DNA of 64,000 bases from NCBI GenBank assembly GCA_951406725.2, contig OX597825.1, positions 58,342,001 through 58,406,000 of the forward strand. Reading direction: 5' to 3'. The notes under the pieces were generated by a model. That model saw only the letters and a program-made list of their open reading frames with translations, had not been told where the DNA came from and ran no database searches. Shown piece after piece: positions 38,310-52,230 of this stretch (position 1 is the first letter of the stretch; each line of letters starts with the position of its first letter). Made by a program: the position numbers and the translations under genes. Source of the stretch: Octopus vulgaris. Lineage: Eukaryota.

Positions 38310-40087
38310 TATGTATATATACATGTATATTTTCAGTGAGAACGCCTCTCATCACGAACAAATCGGTTTACGAACAAATTTTCGAACATAAAATGTCTTG
38401 AGTGACGATCCGTATTTCGAGTAATGAACACCGTAGACACGCTTCTTTCAGTTTCCGTCAAGTAAATCCGCTCATAAGGCTTTAGTCGGTTTGAGACTAT
38501 AGGAAAAGATACTTGCCCAAGGTATCATGAACTAGGACTGAGCTCGCACAAACCTCTTACCATACAATCACGCCCGCGCCGTGTATGTGTGTGTGTGAGC
38601 AAATAGTTATAGTTCAATATGTCCTTCGTCTTGTAAGATGAAAAGGAATTATTTGATCTATTTCTAGCAAGTTGAGCGACCTCTTGGAGATATCGTCGCT
38701 GCTTCATTGGCAGAGCTTCAAAATAAATCAACAAAGAAATTTAATAAAAAAAAAATAGACGGCGTAATGTATATTGTGGAAGAACTTCATGAGATTTGGT
38801 CTAGCTTGGAGGAGAAGGAACTAAAAATAATAGCGATTCGTTAGTAAGTATTATCGTTTGTGGCTTAAACGATAACAGATAAAACAGGAATCAATAAAAT
38901 TTCTCGCCTTTCTTTAGTGGAATCCTTTAAATCTGGAGACCTCCGCCAACGGATTTATAATAAATAATTTTACATCATTTTATTAATGCTTGATCTTTGA
39001 GAAAAGGTCAACAAAAATATGAGTAGTCTTCATTATTTTGTTAATATTGAATTAATATTACTTAACCTGAAAATGCAATACACCAAATGTTGCACACTAG
39101 TTAGTCCAGATAACAAAGACCGGTATTTGATATCGCACACTGTCTAACTTGTTATTACAAGGCGTCAAAGGTTGCTCATAAATCAACGTGCTGTTAAAAT
39201 ATATTTAGTCTCAACAACGTCAACCTCAAATTCGTCATCTTCGTTCTCAATTTTGTAATTTCAGTCTCGATTACACTGTCGTCTGTCTCGATTATGTCAT
39301 CGTCTTCTTCAGTTTCATCACCATGTCAACTTTAAGTGTCGTCATTGTAAGGTGGAACTAATTTTTTTTTCATGAACTGACAATTACATCACTGGTCATT
39401 TGTTGCAGTATTATATAAGAATGTAAACGTATAAACAGTTATGTAAAGTATCATATGTTTAATATAATAAAAATTGACTCACGTTACATCGCCGTAAATA
39501 TGCATATGTTTATTGTCTACACCACCTATCTTCATCTTTATTTTTTTGTGAATTCTCCCCATGTACATTAGATATAAAACTACATATTGTACTATATGCA
39601 TATCCAATTGGACAAAGACAAAAGGAAATAATGTCAGTTATTCATAATTCCTAATTCTTTAGTTTCTCAGCTACAAAAAATAAAAATCAGTACAATTATC
39701 TTCGGTAATTAAAGTCAGCCCGGTATTGATCAGTATGTTTACGTATGTAAATATTTACAAGATTGTCTGTTCCTGGGAGTTTTATAAACCAATCACGTGT
39801 CTTGTAGAAATACCGTATATTGTGACTAAGTGACTGACTTTAGTTCAACACCGGCTGATGAGGTTATGAGTTACTGAAACATTTGAATTTCCCGCAAGAT
39901 AACTTGTGATAACTACACCACAATTTTTGGGTGTGATTTATTGCAGATATCATTTCCTGTTTATTTAATTCACATAATAATAAAGGCATTAAACCGTTGT
40001 TTACACTCAGTGATTAATATCTTCTTTAAGATGAACTGGGTCCATGTACGTTCATTCACTACACGAACACACTCGCTCTCTCTTTCA

Positions 40088-40180
<93 letters not shown>

Positions 40181-40949
40181 TTTACCTTTTATTAGTTTCA
40201 GTCATTGGATTGCAGCCATGCTAGGGTACCACCTTGACGGTTTTAGCCGAACAAATCTGCCCCATTACTTATTTTTCTATCGATCTCTTTTTCAGGACTG
40301 CTATGTTACTGGGACATAAACAAATCAATACTGGTGGCCACAAGGTGGTGAACATCGAGCACAACATAAATTAAAGACCCATCGACATATACGACGGGCC
40401 TCCTCACAGTTTCCATCTACCAAATTCATTCACTACGCATTGATCGGCCCTTGGATATAATAGAAGACACTTGCCTAAGTTGAAACAAAATGGAACTGAA
40501 CCCGAAATCACGTGGCTGCAAAACGTTCTTCTTAACCTCACAGCTATGTTTGCACCTTTCTGTCTGTCTGTCTATCTATTTACATATATGCATACGTATG
40601 TGCACACGCACACACACACACACACATATATATCACGTGATTGACCAGGCCATCAGATGTTGCTACACATCGCTGGTCACAATGCGCTTCGCATTGTTTT
40701 AGCCTTCAATGACGCCACCCCGCTGGCTAAGCGAGTGAGAGAAAGTTGTAGTGAAAGAGTACAGCAGGGATCACCACCAGCCCCTGCCGGAGCTTCGTGG
40801 AGATTTAGTTTATCTTCACCTTTTTGATGCGACTCTTTACTAATTTTCTTCCCCCATTCTTCTCTAATTCTCTTTTTCTCCCCCTCCCTCCTTCACCGTT
40901 TTTTTAATCTCTCTCTCTCACTCTCTCTTTCCCCTCTTTTACTATTTAT

Positions 40950-41150
40950 GGGAGCAACTGTCATTGGAAACTCATATTGTCGTTGAATGCTCGAAATGAG
41001 GAGTAGATAGACAGCCGACAACTGATGAAGGGTCCTTTCTGTGTATTTACTTGTCCTGTTTTCCACTTTTTCTCGTTGTTTACGTATTTAACTCGTTTGT
41101 TTACGTATTTCATGTTATTTGCACCGTTGCTGACGTCCTGTACCCGTATA
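40950..41150 (+). mobile_element. Repeat terminus, probably PLE pseudo-LTR (homologous to 62845-63020, -)
   Basis: Shared GGAGCAACTGT..GCTCGAAA..GGAGTAGATA..GACAACTGATGAAGG..TGACG(T/G)CCTGTACCC, ending in microsatellite. Confidence 0.5.
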
Positions 41151-41153
41151 TGC

Positions 41154-41234
<81 letters not shown>

Positions 41235-41324
41235 TATATATATATATATATATAATTTTTTACTTTATATATATATATATATATATAATTTATTATTTAT
41301 TATATATATATATATGTATATATA

Positions 41325-41382
<58 letters not shown>

Positions 41383-41389
41383 GTATGTA

Positions 41390-41610
41390 TTACCAAATTC
41401 TTGTTTGTTTCTACAATTACAGAGGGAATTTTCACCCCTACTTGCACCTTTAACAATTGAATTATCATTAATTGAAAAGCTATTACCTTCACTATTGTTG
41501 AAACTTATATTAGGATTCAAACCTTCGCTACCAAACTGGCTATTAGGAAAATCATTAACATTGGTACTCATGGAACCAGTCTCACCAGTATTAACCAAAT
41601 TATCTCGAAG
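41390..41610 (-). pseudogene. Probable PLE ORF fragment (Asn-rich linker ending CNCRNKQE)
   Basis: Open stretch between microsatellites; CNCR-x-K resembles the Cys motif upstream of the GIY-YIG domain in many PLEs. Confidence 0.45.
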
Positions 41611-41619
41611 ATATATATG

Positions 41620-41686
<67 letters not shown>

Positions 41687-41694
41687 TACATACA

Positions 41695-41821
<127 letters not shown>

Positions 41822-42159
41822 GCATTATCTATACATATGTGTATTTGTGTGTATATGTATGTGCATACACACAGACACGCACATACACACACACACGCGT
41901 ATTGATATTAATATCACAAGCTTTTTTGCCTCTCAGGAATAGCTTTTAGAAAGAAATGTCAGTAATTTAAACAAGTAACCGAAGCGAAGGAAATGATAAA
42001 AAAGGTTGGGAAAAGCGTAGATAGATAAGATAAACAAATGAATGAATAAATGAATAAACAAATATATAAATAAATAATTAAATAAATGGTGAATGATTTT
42101 TCTGGAATCAACGTCAGTAGTGACAATATCATTACAACTACGATAATCAGCATAAACAA

Positions 42160-42266
42160 CCACCGCCGCCATCAACACCATCGCCGCCATCAACACCATC
42201 GCCGCCATCAACACCATCGCCGCCATCAACACCATCGCCGCCATCAACACCATCGCCACCACCACC
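42160..42266. repeat. 18-bp minisatellite (CATCGCCGCCATCAACAC) x about 5
   Basis: Directly visible near-perfect units. Confidence 0.9.
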
Positions 42267-42398
42267 ATTTGCTCATATTTTACTGTTCGACCCAGTACTG
42301 TGACTTTTGTCATATATTCTCTTGTTTATGAATGGAGATAGATTTAGGCGTGTATACATATAGGTATACATGTGTTGATATCCCTGTATCCCTGTATA

Positions 42399-42786
42399 GG
42401 CGCAGGAGTGGTTTTGTGGTAAGTAGCTTGCTAACCAACCACATGGTTCCGGGTTCATTCCCACTGCGTGGCATCTTGGGCAAGTGTCTTATGCTATATC
42501 CCCGGGTCGACCAATGCCTTGTGAGTGGATTTGGTAGACGGAAACTGAAAGAAGCCTGTCGTATATATGTATCCATATGTATGTGTGTGTTTGTGTGTCT
42601 GTGTTTGTCCCCCTAGCATTGCTTGACAACCGATGCTGGTGTGTTTACGTCCCCGTAACTTAGCGGTTCGGCAAAAGAGACCGATAGAATAAGCATTGGG
42701 CTTACAAAGAATAAGTCCCGGAGTCGATTTGCTCGACTAAAGGCGGTGCTCCAGTATGGCTGAAACAAGTAAAAGAGTAAAAGAGA
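42399..42786 (+). mobile_element. SINE S1
   Basis: Matches family S1; shares diagnostic bases (GCTAACC, GGCATC, CCAATG) with the 7389 copy. Confidence 0.9.
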
Positions 42787-43342
42787 GAGTATGGACATAC
42801 GCATATGTGACTGTATGTGTAGTATTATATTGTATCATTATTATATTATATCATATCATCTATTATACGATACATACATGCTCACAGGCTCATTTGGGAT
42901 ACAAATGGGAACAAAAGAACTCAATACTTAAAGTGTAGAGTACATAGGTAAGCTTTATATCTACCTTAACGTGGATGCCCTTGTCAGAACACCGAATACT
43001 GAGAGATCCTCTGGTATAGGCGCTAGGTTGATAGTACTATTGCAGTGACTGAAGAGTCAAGAGTCTCGTTCCAAAACTCTTCTCACTTTCTCTTTCATAC
43101 ATATATAAATTCATATATACATGCAGACATACATACACATATGAACATGCATACATTCATGCATACACTGACACACACACATACACACATGTATATAAAA
43201 CGAACATGTAAGTTACAGAATATCGGTACACCTGTTCAAGAGCATGCGGATTGATCAAAAAGGTATTCTGAACATTCAGCTGGTTGGAGCATTCTAAGAG
43301 GTACTAAAGTTGTTAAGAACTCAACTGTCAGTTAAACACATT

Positions 43343-43384
43343 TGAAATCTGATGAATACACTATGTATGAAAGAGCTAATTTTG
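43343..43384 (+). ncRNA. Candidate minimal type I hammerhead
   Basis: TGAAAT-CTGATGA-ATAC(actat)GTAT-GAAA-G(ag)C-TA-ATTTTG: all three stems pair, but they are AU-rich and weak. Confidence 0.45.
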
Positions 43385-43448
43385 TTGAAACACCATAATA
43401 AAAAAACGTGAAAACCAGACTATGTTTTAACTTTATTCAACTTATATA

Positions 43449-45051
43449 GACACTAGCGAAAATAAATAAATTTAAGACTGATTATAAAAGTTCTCTTTCT
43501 TACAAAATATTTTGTTACTAACACCATACAAATTATTTTTATCTTTTACACCTTATGCAGAATTTATTTCTCTTTCCAATGATGCAGAAAATAATTATTT
43601 TTTATACAAGTTGAAGAATTCTAATGCTAAATTAATATAAACGTTTCAAATTTTCCGGCAAAATTAGTTTAAGACCGTATTATTATAATTTTATTTAAAG
43701 CTTAAGATTGTAGCAAAATGAGCAACAAGAACGAAATACATATTAGTACTTTGTGCCATAACCTTTATTCTTAATAACGGCTTAGCAACGCCTCGGCATT
43801 GAATTCTATGGGAATGTTTTGCCATATTTTATTGATATAATCGAATAACTGTTTTAGATTAGATGGTTTTTTAGCATGGGCTTTTTTGGAAACATAATTC
43901 TACAAGTTCTCGATCGGATTCAGGTCCGGGCTCTGAGAAGGCCATTCGATTATGTCAATATTATGGTGATCAAAAAATTCCATAACATTGTTGGTTTTGT
44001 GCATAGTACTATTGTCCTGTTGATAAATAGTTCCCGGAGGCATTTGGTGAATCAAATATTGCACGACAGTAACCTATAGTAGATTCATATAACCTACACT
44101 ATTTAGCTTTCCATCAACTTTAACTAAAGGGCATCCAAAGCTACTAAATGCCGCCCTCACCATCACACCCGCTTGCGCCGTCTTTTCCACGCAATTCGGA
44201 TGGAATTCTTCGGTTGGGCTACGTCTGACGTATGTTTTACCATCTGATCCAAATATACAGAAGCGTGACTCGTCACTCCAAAGGACCCTGCACCAATCTT
44301 CAGCAGTCCATTGAGCATGGCTTTTTGCGAAATTAAGGCGTTTGAGTCGATTTCTTTCGAATATTATTTGCTTTTTCCAAGCGATTCGTCCATGTAGTCC
44401 AAATTCTCTCAAATGGTTGCGGACGGTTTGTGATGTAAAAATAGCACCATTCTCGTTGGAGAATTGCTTACAAATGTTAACGGCTATCAGCATTTGGTTG
44501 CCTTCCGAAAGTCAGTGGATTCGACGGTCCAGCTGCGTTGTCGTTTTTCTTGGGGCGCCAATCCTTTGCCGATCTTTATATTGAATAATCTCCGAGTATA
44601 ACTTCCACTATTGCATGCAAGACGTTTTATTGCACTTTAGTTGCTTGCTGATGTTCGAAAAGGAAACTTTTTGCTGGTGGAATACGATTTTTGCTCTCAT
44701 GACTTGACTGAGGCTACGTTGTTTTCCCCTTATTAATAAATTTTTATAACGTTAAATTATAACACTATATAGTGCAGTTAGGTTAGTTGTGTGACCACCC
44801 ATTTTGGCAAAAAGATTTGCATACATATTACGTGGTCTTAAACTAATTTTGCCGGTAAATTTGAAACGTTTATATTAATTTAGCGTTAGAATTCTTCAAG
44901 TTGTATAAAAATAGTTATTGCCTGCATCATTGGAAAGAGAAATAAATTCTGCACAAGGTGTAAAAGATAGAAATAATTTGTATGGCGTTAGCAACAAAAT
45001 ATTTTGTAAGAAATAGAACTTTTATCATCGGTCTTAAATTTATTTTCGCCA

Positions 45052-45056
<5 letters not shown>
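43449..45056 (-). mobile_element. Full-length Tc1 (DD34E) transposon with about 225-bp IR/DR-type TIRs
   Basis: TA flanks at 43447-43448 and 45057-45058; long inverted termini each with an outer and inner AAAAT(A/T)A(A/G)TTTAAGAC repeat; about 1.6 kb. Confidence 0.95.
43743..44733 (-). pseudogene. Tc1 transposase pseudogene
   Basis: WSDESRF, QQDN..WPSQSPDLNPIE (34 residues between D and E, counted), C-terminal GYGTKY*. In-frame stops (for example ENL*) and frameshifts. Confidence 0.93.
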
Positions 45057-45115
<59 letters not shown>

Positions 45116-45189
45116 CAATACAATAATATTATTTTCCGGCGAAATAAAGCACCATAAAGGTAGAATAATCAACAGGATATAGTGATACA

Positions 45190-45620
45190 ATGTAGCAACT
45201 ACTACCACAATTTTTAATCTTTCCATTTTACCAATGTGCTATCGGAACACCAACACAAATTAGACTAAACAAGGAAACATTCTTCATTGAAAAGTACAAG
45301 CCCAGACTTAACCATTCCAGCATACTTATACAGAGAAATTCACTCCAAAGGAAAGACAAAAAATTTTAAGCGATTATCTCCCTTACACCGGAATAAATCA
45401 CTTATTACCTCCCCCTATTTGGAACTCTTCTCAACATAAACATAACGATAACTCTTCTCAACATAAACATAACGATGTAAGAAATTTGAAAAGCTGAACG
45501 CGAAACCGGTCATTTCTTCTAAACTATGTCATTGTAAGAAAAAAATTGATGACATTCTTCAGACATATTGACTCAAATATATATTTTTTAACCTTTTAAA
45601 ACAAGCCTTCTGTAGTTTTT
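45190..45620 (+). mobile_element. PLE 3' remnant (GIY-YIG C-terminus plus decayed hammerhead)
   Basis: PQFLIFPFYQCAIGTPTQIRLNKETFFIEKYKPRLN at 45205-45312 (R-x3-E-x2-FI..P-x-LN endonuclease tail); CGAAACCGGTC palindromic stem III at 45501-45511. Confidence 0.7.
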
Positions 45621-45728
45621 TCACTTTTTACTATTTTCTATATATATATATATATACATATATATATGTATGTATGCATGTATGTATGTATGTATGTATG
45701 TATGTATGTATGTATGTATGTATATATG

Positions 45729-45898
<170 letters not shown>

Positions 45899-46539
45899 AT
45901 GCATATATATCATTTAATAAATGCAATATATGTTTTTTTATGTGTTAGTATTTGTCTCATGTGTTGAGAACATGCTAAACAGTGTTTTAAAACACATCTG
46001 GTATCCTAGCGCAATCATCGGACACTGCTCATATGGCATAACGAACAAAGAAATAGGACGAGAGAAAAAAGCGGGAAAAGGCGTAAAGGAAGCATATATA
46101 AAGGTTGAAAAGCCGGAAAAGGAAAAAGAAATCAGAAAGAAGCAAAAAGGAGAATTAGAAAAGGAGAATTAGAGTCATTTCCCTTAAACTGTAAATTATA
46201 AGCTGAAAAGACAGTGGCTTAGAGTCTCTGATACAGTTATTCAACCCGTGAGGGAGGTACTTTTCAAATCGTCAGTAGGAACTAAGGTATATGATGAAAA
46301 TTTCGGATCTAGAGTTCAGCAGTGAGTTAGTGTTCTTAGATCTGAAAAGCATCTGTGGTCAAATTATAGTGTCTAAAGAAGTGAATGTACACTAAATTTA
46401 TTGCACGAAATTGCTTAGCTTTTGTATGTAATATTAAATAATGGAGTCGTTCACCGAAACGTGTGTAACATTAATCTAGCTTCTCTTTTCTTCACAATTA
46501 TTTTTATTTACACAGTGGGAATTATAACATACCTATCAC

Positions 46540-46974
46540 CATCTCCCCCTCTCTCTCTCTTTCTTTCTTTCTTTATCCAATTCCTCTTCTCTCTTTCTCA
46601 TTTTTGATTTTCTAATATTTCAACTTTCATCGCTTAAATTTTTCTCTACCTCTTCTTCGTCTTCTTTTACTCTCGACTATTTATCCCTATGCTATCACTC
46701 TTTCTATTTCTTTCTCTGTTTCCCTCCCTCACTTTTCACTTAGCCCGTCCCCTTTCTCTTCTCTTTCTGTTATTTGTTTATCATTTCTTTCTATGCTCTT
46801 CTTTCTCTTTCTTTTTGCCTGCTTTATCCTCTCTCTTCGTTGTCGAGCCTTTCTCTTCTAACACCCGGCTACACTTTTTATTTCCTTCTCTTCCTTCTTC
46901 CTCAACTTCTTTCCCAGACCCTTCTCGCTCTCTTTCTACTTTATTCCCCATGACTTTCTCTTTCCTTCTTTCCT

Positions 46975-47050
<76 letters not shown>
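46540..47050. repeat. Long polypyrimidine/(CTTT)n low-complexity tract
   Basis: Directly visible. Confidence 0.85.
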
Positions 47051-47352
47051 TGTTTATCCAGGCTTCATCTTCATCTCGCCATTATTCTCAGAGAGGACAA
47101 AGCCGGAGAAAATGTCGCTAAGAATTTAATCCGACCCATTCACGAATCTGTCAATCCACTGCATTTTATCCAGAAATATCAACTGCAATATTGGACATTA
47201 ATTCTGTTATATAAAGATGAAATTAATTCAATGAATGATATCAGTTCACGGATTCACTCCCACTGCGTGGCACCGTGGACAAAGTGTCTTCTACTTACAG
47301 CTTCGAGCCGATCAAAGTCTTGTGAGTGAATTATATGTGTGTGTGTGTGTTA

Positions 47353-47605
47353 GGAGGCGCGTGGCTTAGTGGTTAGGGTGTCAGCATCATGATCGTAAGA
47401 TTGTAGTTTCGATTCCTGGACCGTACGACGCGTTGTGTTCTTAAGCAAAATGCTTCATTTCACGTTGCTCCAATCCACTCAGCTGGCAAAAATGAGTAAC
47501 GCTGCGATGGACTGGCGTCCCGTCCAGCTGGGGAACACATACGCCATAGAAACCGGGAATCTGGGCCTATGAGCCTGGCTAGGCTTTAAAAGGGCGCATT
47601 TATTA
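47353..47605 (+). mobile_element. tRNA-derived SINE family S3
   Basis: A-box TGGCTTAGTGG, B-box-like GTTTCGATTCC, central CTGCGATGGACTGGCGTCCCGTCCAG motif resembling V/Meta-type SINE domains. Confidence 0.8.
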
Positions 47606-47619
47606 TTTTATATACTCTA

Positions 47620-48028
47620 CTCTTTTACTCTTTTACTTGTTTCAGCCATTTGACTGTGGCCATGCTGGAGCACCGCCTTTAGTCGAGCAAATCGATCCCA
47701 GGACTTATTCTTTGTAAGCCTAGTACTTATTCTATCGGTCTCTTTTGCCGAATCGCTAGGTAAACACACCAGTGTCGGTTGTCAAGTGATGTTGGGGGGG
47801 GGGGGGAGACAAACACAGACACACAAATATATATACACACATACATATATAAATATACATATATACGATGGGCTTCTTTCAGTTTCCGTCTACCAAATCC
47901 ACTCACAAGGCTTTGGTCGGCTCGAGGCTATAGTAGAAGACACTTGCCCATGGTGCCACGTAGTGGGACTGAACTCGGAACCATGTGGTTGTTAAACAAG
48001 CTACTTACCACACAGCCACTCCTACGCC
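47620..48028 (-). mobile_element. SINE S1
   Basis: Reverse complement of S1. Confidence 0.9.
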
Positions 48029-48738
48029 TATTGAATTACAGAATAAGAATCAGGCCTTAAAAAAAACCCAAAACAATACTGAAGTCGACTCATTTGACTA
48101 AAAGTTCTTCAAGGTGATGCCCCAGCATGGCCGCAGTCTAATGACTGAAACAAATAAATGATAAAAGATAAAAGAACAGCAACAACCGCGACAAAAAGAA
48201 ATGAATAAAAAAGAAGGAATCATAACAGTTGCTGCAACAACAACAGCAACAACAACGACAACAGTATGTGACTCCCGGACCATGGTTGGTCGGTCGAACA
48301 CCAATATCATTGGTGGAGCGGGAGATACGGGTGTCTCTTATTGGAGGTTAGATATCGATTATATGGAGATATCAGCTTGCCTGTCTGTCTGCCTGCTTGA
48401 CACTGTCTCTCACGTCTCCCGGGCTGTTTGTGTAGTTCTAGGTCGGTTCTGATCCAATGATCAAAACTATGACATTCTCCCCCTCCTCTTCGTCTTTCTA
48501 GGGGTCATCTTGGTCTGCATTATCCTGTGCGACCTTTCTCGTGCGTAAAGAAAATCGAATGGGATTTGAGGGAGGTTTGATTGCTGTTTCTAGCTCGTCA
48601 AATGACCACGTAGACATTGCCCTATGGTGACTGTTAGCGACCTCATACATTGTTTAGTGGCGATGAGATTACGTACATACATACACAGTATAGAAAGTAC
48701 ACACCTATATATATATATCTTCACACTTATATTTTCAC

Positions 48739-48789
<51 letters not shown>

Positions 48790-48924
48790 TCATATGTATA
48801 TATTCATATGTATATATATATATATATATATCTATATATAAAACTGAATATATGTCGCACTGTTGATAAATATATATTCCTTTATTTGTTTCAGTCATTT
48901 GACTGCGGCCGTATGTATGTATGC

Positions 48925-48957
<33 letters not shown>

Positions 48958-48967
48958 TGTATGTATG

Positions 48968-49048
<81 letters not shown>

Positions 49049-49427
49049 GTATATATGTATATATGTATATATATATATATGTATGTATATATATATATGT
49101 ATATATGTATATATGTATATATGTATATATATATATATGTATGTATAGATAGATAGATAGATAGATAAAGAGAGAGAGGGAGGATGGATGGAGTGAGAGA
49201 AAGGGAAAAGAAAGGCTGAAATGAGAAGAGAGAGACAGAGAAAGAGAGATAGAGAGGGAAAGAAAATGAAAGAATCCAAGCGGAAGAGCGAGAGAGAGAG
49301 AGGGAGAGAGAGATAGAAAGAGAGAGAGGGGGGATGGATGGAGGGAATGGGAAGAGATTACATAGAATCCATATCCATGACAGCAAAACTTCCAGCAAAG
49401 CTGACGGGGAAAACACTGCTGTTGCTG

Positions 49428-49460
<33 letters not shown>

Positions 49461-49896
49461 GTACGTGTGCAGCAACAGCAGCAGCCACTGCACTGCACTG
49501 TGCTGTATCAAACATAACAGGTAGTCACTAGTGCTGGTGGATGGTGGCTGCTGCTGCTGCTGCTGTTGCTGCCGATGCTGCTGTTGCTGCCGATGGTGGT
49601 GTTGGTGGTGATTTTAGAGCGATGGGGGGAAACCAGATTAGATAAGACAAGGCTATGTTTTAGCTGCCAATTGTTATCAATATTACATCGGTGTATTTAC
49701 CGTACTATTGCTTCACTCAGTGTTTTCACTAAATTATATTCTCCTCCCTGTCTCCCCCCACCCCACATACAAACAAGCATGTATTCATACATGCATACAT
49801 ACATACATACATGTATACATACATACATATATATATATGTATACACACATACATATATGTATTTACATACATATATATATTATACATATAAGTATA

Positions 49897-49949
<53 letters not shown>

Positions 49950-50309
49950 CTGTATCTATATATCTTCATACACACATATACACACACAAACAGACACACG
50001 CATGCGCACGTGCACATATATACCTCTATGCATAGACACGTTCTTTTTTTCCTCTCTCCTATTTTTTCTTTCTCCCTCCATCTGTTTTCTTTCCCCCTTT
50101 CTTTCCGCGGAAGAGCGTAGGTTCGAAACGTCAGACTCATCCATTTTCCCTGAGCGTTAAATTAATACACCACGTTTGTTGTTCCCCCATCTATCTATGT
50201 TTTTCGCCTTTTTTGTACAATTTTGAATCATATATATACACATACATACATACATACATACATACATACATACATACATACATACATACATACATACATA
50301 CATACATAC

Positions 50310-52100
50310 ATGAGATGAAAAAGAGTCTTCACCTGTTCGCAATATTCTCAAAGGATATAGGGTTGGAATTTGGGCAAGATAAGTATTGCTATATGGTTGT
50401 GAAAAGAGGGAAAACTGTAAACCAGACTAGCAATATCTCCATCAATGATTTGACTGTTTCCCCTATATCTGATGAGGAGTGTTACAGGTATCCAGGGGTG
50501 GATGAAAACATATCTTACAATGGCACCTGTAACACAGCACGTGTCACTAAGGAATATGACAGTCGAATGAAGAAAATTTGAACCTCGGAACCCTCTGTAT
50601 TCAATTAAACAGTGACCTACAATGATTTGCAATGCCAGTACTCATATCAACATTTTGGTTGCTTGATTGCACGCTTCATGATATCCGAGCCATTGATTTG
50701 AAAACCCGAAAAATACTAACAAGCACATATTATTTCCACATCAACAGTGACGTACACCGCCTCTACCTAAAATGAAAACAAGGCAGCAGAGGCTTAACAT
50801 CGATCCAAGCGGTCGAAGTGCATCCCTTCACCAAGTTTGCATACATGAGGCTGATAACATCATAAGACTTGGAAAGCAGCTCCTTGAGCAGCATTCCTTG
50901 TTTGATAACCTTAAATACATGCCCAAAGAACTCACGCAATTCTACCGCAACCTATCTTTTCTACTCTAGGCACAAGGCCCGAAATTTTTGGAGAGGGAAC
51001 AGTCGATTAGATCGACCCCAGTACGCAACTGGTACTTAATTTATCGACTCTGAAAGGATGAAAGGTAAAGTCGACCTCGGCAGAATTTGAACTTAGAACG
51101 TAAAGGCAGACGAAATAGCGCTAAGCATCTCGCCCGGCATGCTAACGTTTCTGCCAGCTTGCCGCCTTTCTACCGCAACATATCATCAGATGAAAGGGTG
51201 AGCATATATGAGCAGAAGACCATACGTCTATATGTTTGTAGAAAGCTTTGAGATGATAGTAACAGTGAACATCGAAGCAGTCTATCATGGACCAACAACT
51301 GGATTACTACATCGTACTTTGAAAGGTATGCGTTTGCAATTCAGGAGCAGGAAATATCAACCAAATACCTGATGCACACACACAAAAAAAAATGAGATGC
51401 AGGAAATGTAGCAAAATGTAACAACCGATGCAGACTTTGTGGAGTTTACACCGAAGATATCACCCACACCATAAACAGTTGTCCGAAAATATCATCACGT
51501 TATTATTTACCGATGAGGCATGATGTAGCTAGGACACCCTATAACGAGACCCGTCGAAAGAATAACCCCAAAGACAAAGAAATAAGAACCCACAGTATGG
51601 TGGAAGCCATAGCCACTCATAATAAAGAGTACTGATGGAATGTCCGAGTGAAAACTTCAATAAAATATAAACACAGCAAACCTGACATAAAGATTTAGGA
51701 TAGAGAGGAGAAACTGTGTATAATTATGGGAATCATCTGCCCAGTGGATGTTAACATAAAGCTGAAGATCAGCGAAAAAGAGAACACCTACGCAGAACTA
51801 TTGAGAAATCTGCAATTACTCTATCCAAATTACAAGTTCAGGTTTATACCTGTAATTATTGAGACATTTGGTTATGTAACACACTGCCTAAATACCAATC
51901 TTGAGAAATTAGGCTTCTCAAAATCAGAAAGGAGAAAGCTGATTCGAAGACTACAGATCCAATCCATTACTGGAACAGTAAAAATCTGTAAAACTTTGCA
52001 GAAGTTCTTCAGTTAAGTATATACGAGCATGTCTAGATAACCATCTATATGCATTAGAAGACATAAAACAAAACATACAAATCAGCACATATACATACAT
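50310..52100 (+). mobile_element. Second, longer 5'-truncated R4/Dong-like element
   Basis: FSKDIGLEFGQDKYC (late RT), FAIQEQEISTKYL, CRLCG..H..SC, RHD, HSKPDI, ICPVD..EKENTY. Collinear with 26384-27600; (TACA)n upstream and TACA units downstream. Confidence 0.88.
50952..51167 (-). mobile_element. SINE S2 inserted into the R4-like element
   Basis: 12-bp TSD TTCTACCGCAAC at 50940-50951 and 51168-51179; the site is empty in the other R4 copy (about 26730). Confidence 0.92.
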
Positions 52101-52162
52101 ACATACGCATAAACTCACACACATATGTATATGCATAAAAATAAACGCACATATGCATTTAA

Positions 52163-52220
<58 letters not shown>

Positions 52221-52230
52221 TGTGTATATA

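Noticed and set aside
39850-39890. CTGATGA-GGTTA..TTACT-GAAAC as a functional hammerhead
   Set aside because: Stem II is mismatched and stem I does not pair; at most a decayed relic.
41150-41370. Irregular interruptions within a long (TA)n tract
   Set aside because: Most likely slippage or consensus noise rather than a structured element.
42086-42331. His/Arg-rich ORF (HQHHRR)n
   Set aside because: Translation of an 18-bp minisatellite with no splice or domain support.
50102-50135. CCGCGGA-A-GAGC(gtag)GTTC-GAAAC-GTC as an active hammerhead
   Set aside because: Two invariant core positions differ from CUGANGA; treated only as a PLE-type relic.
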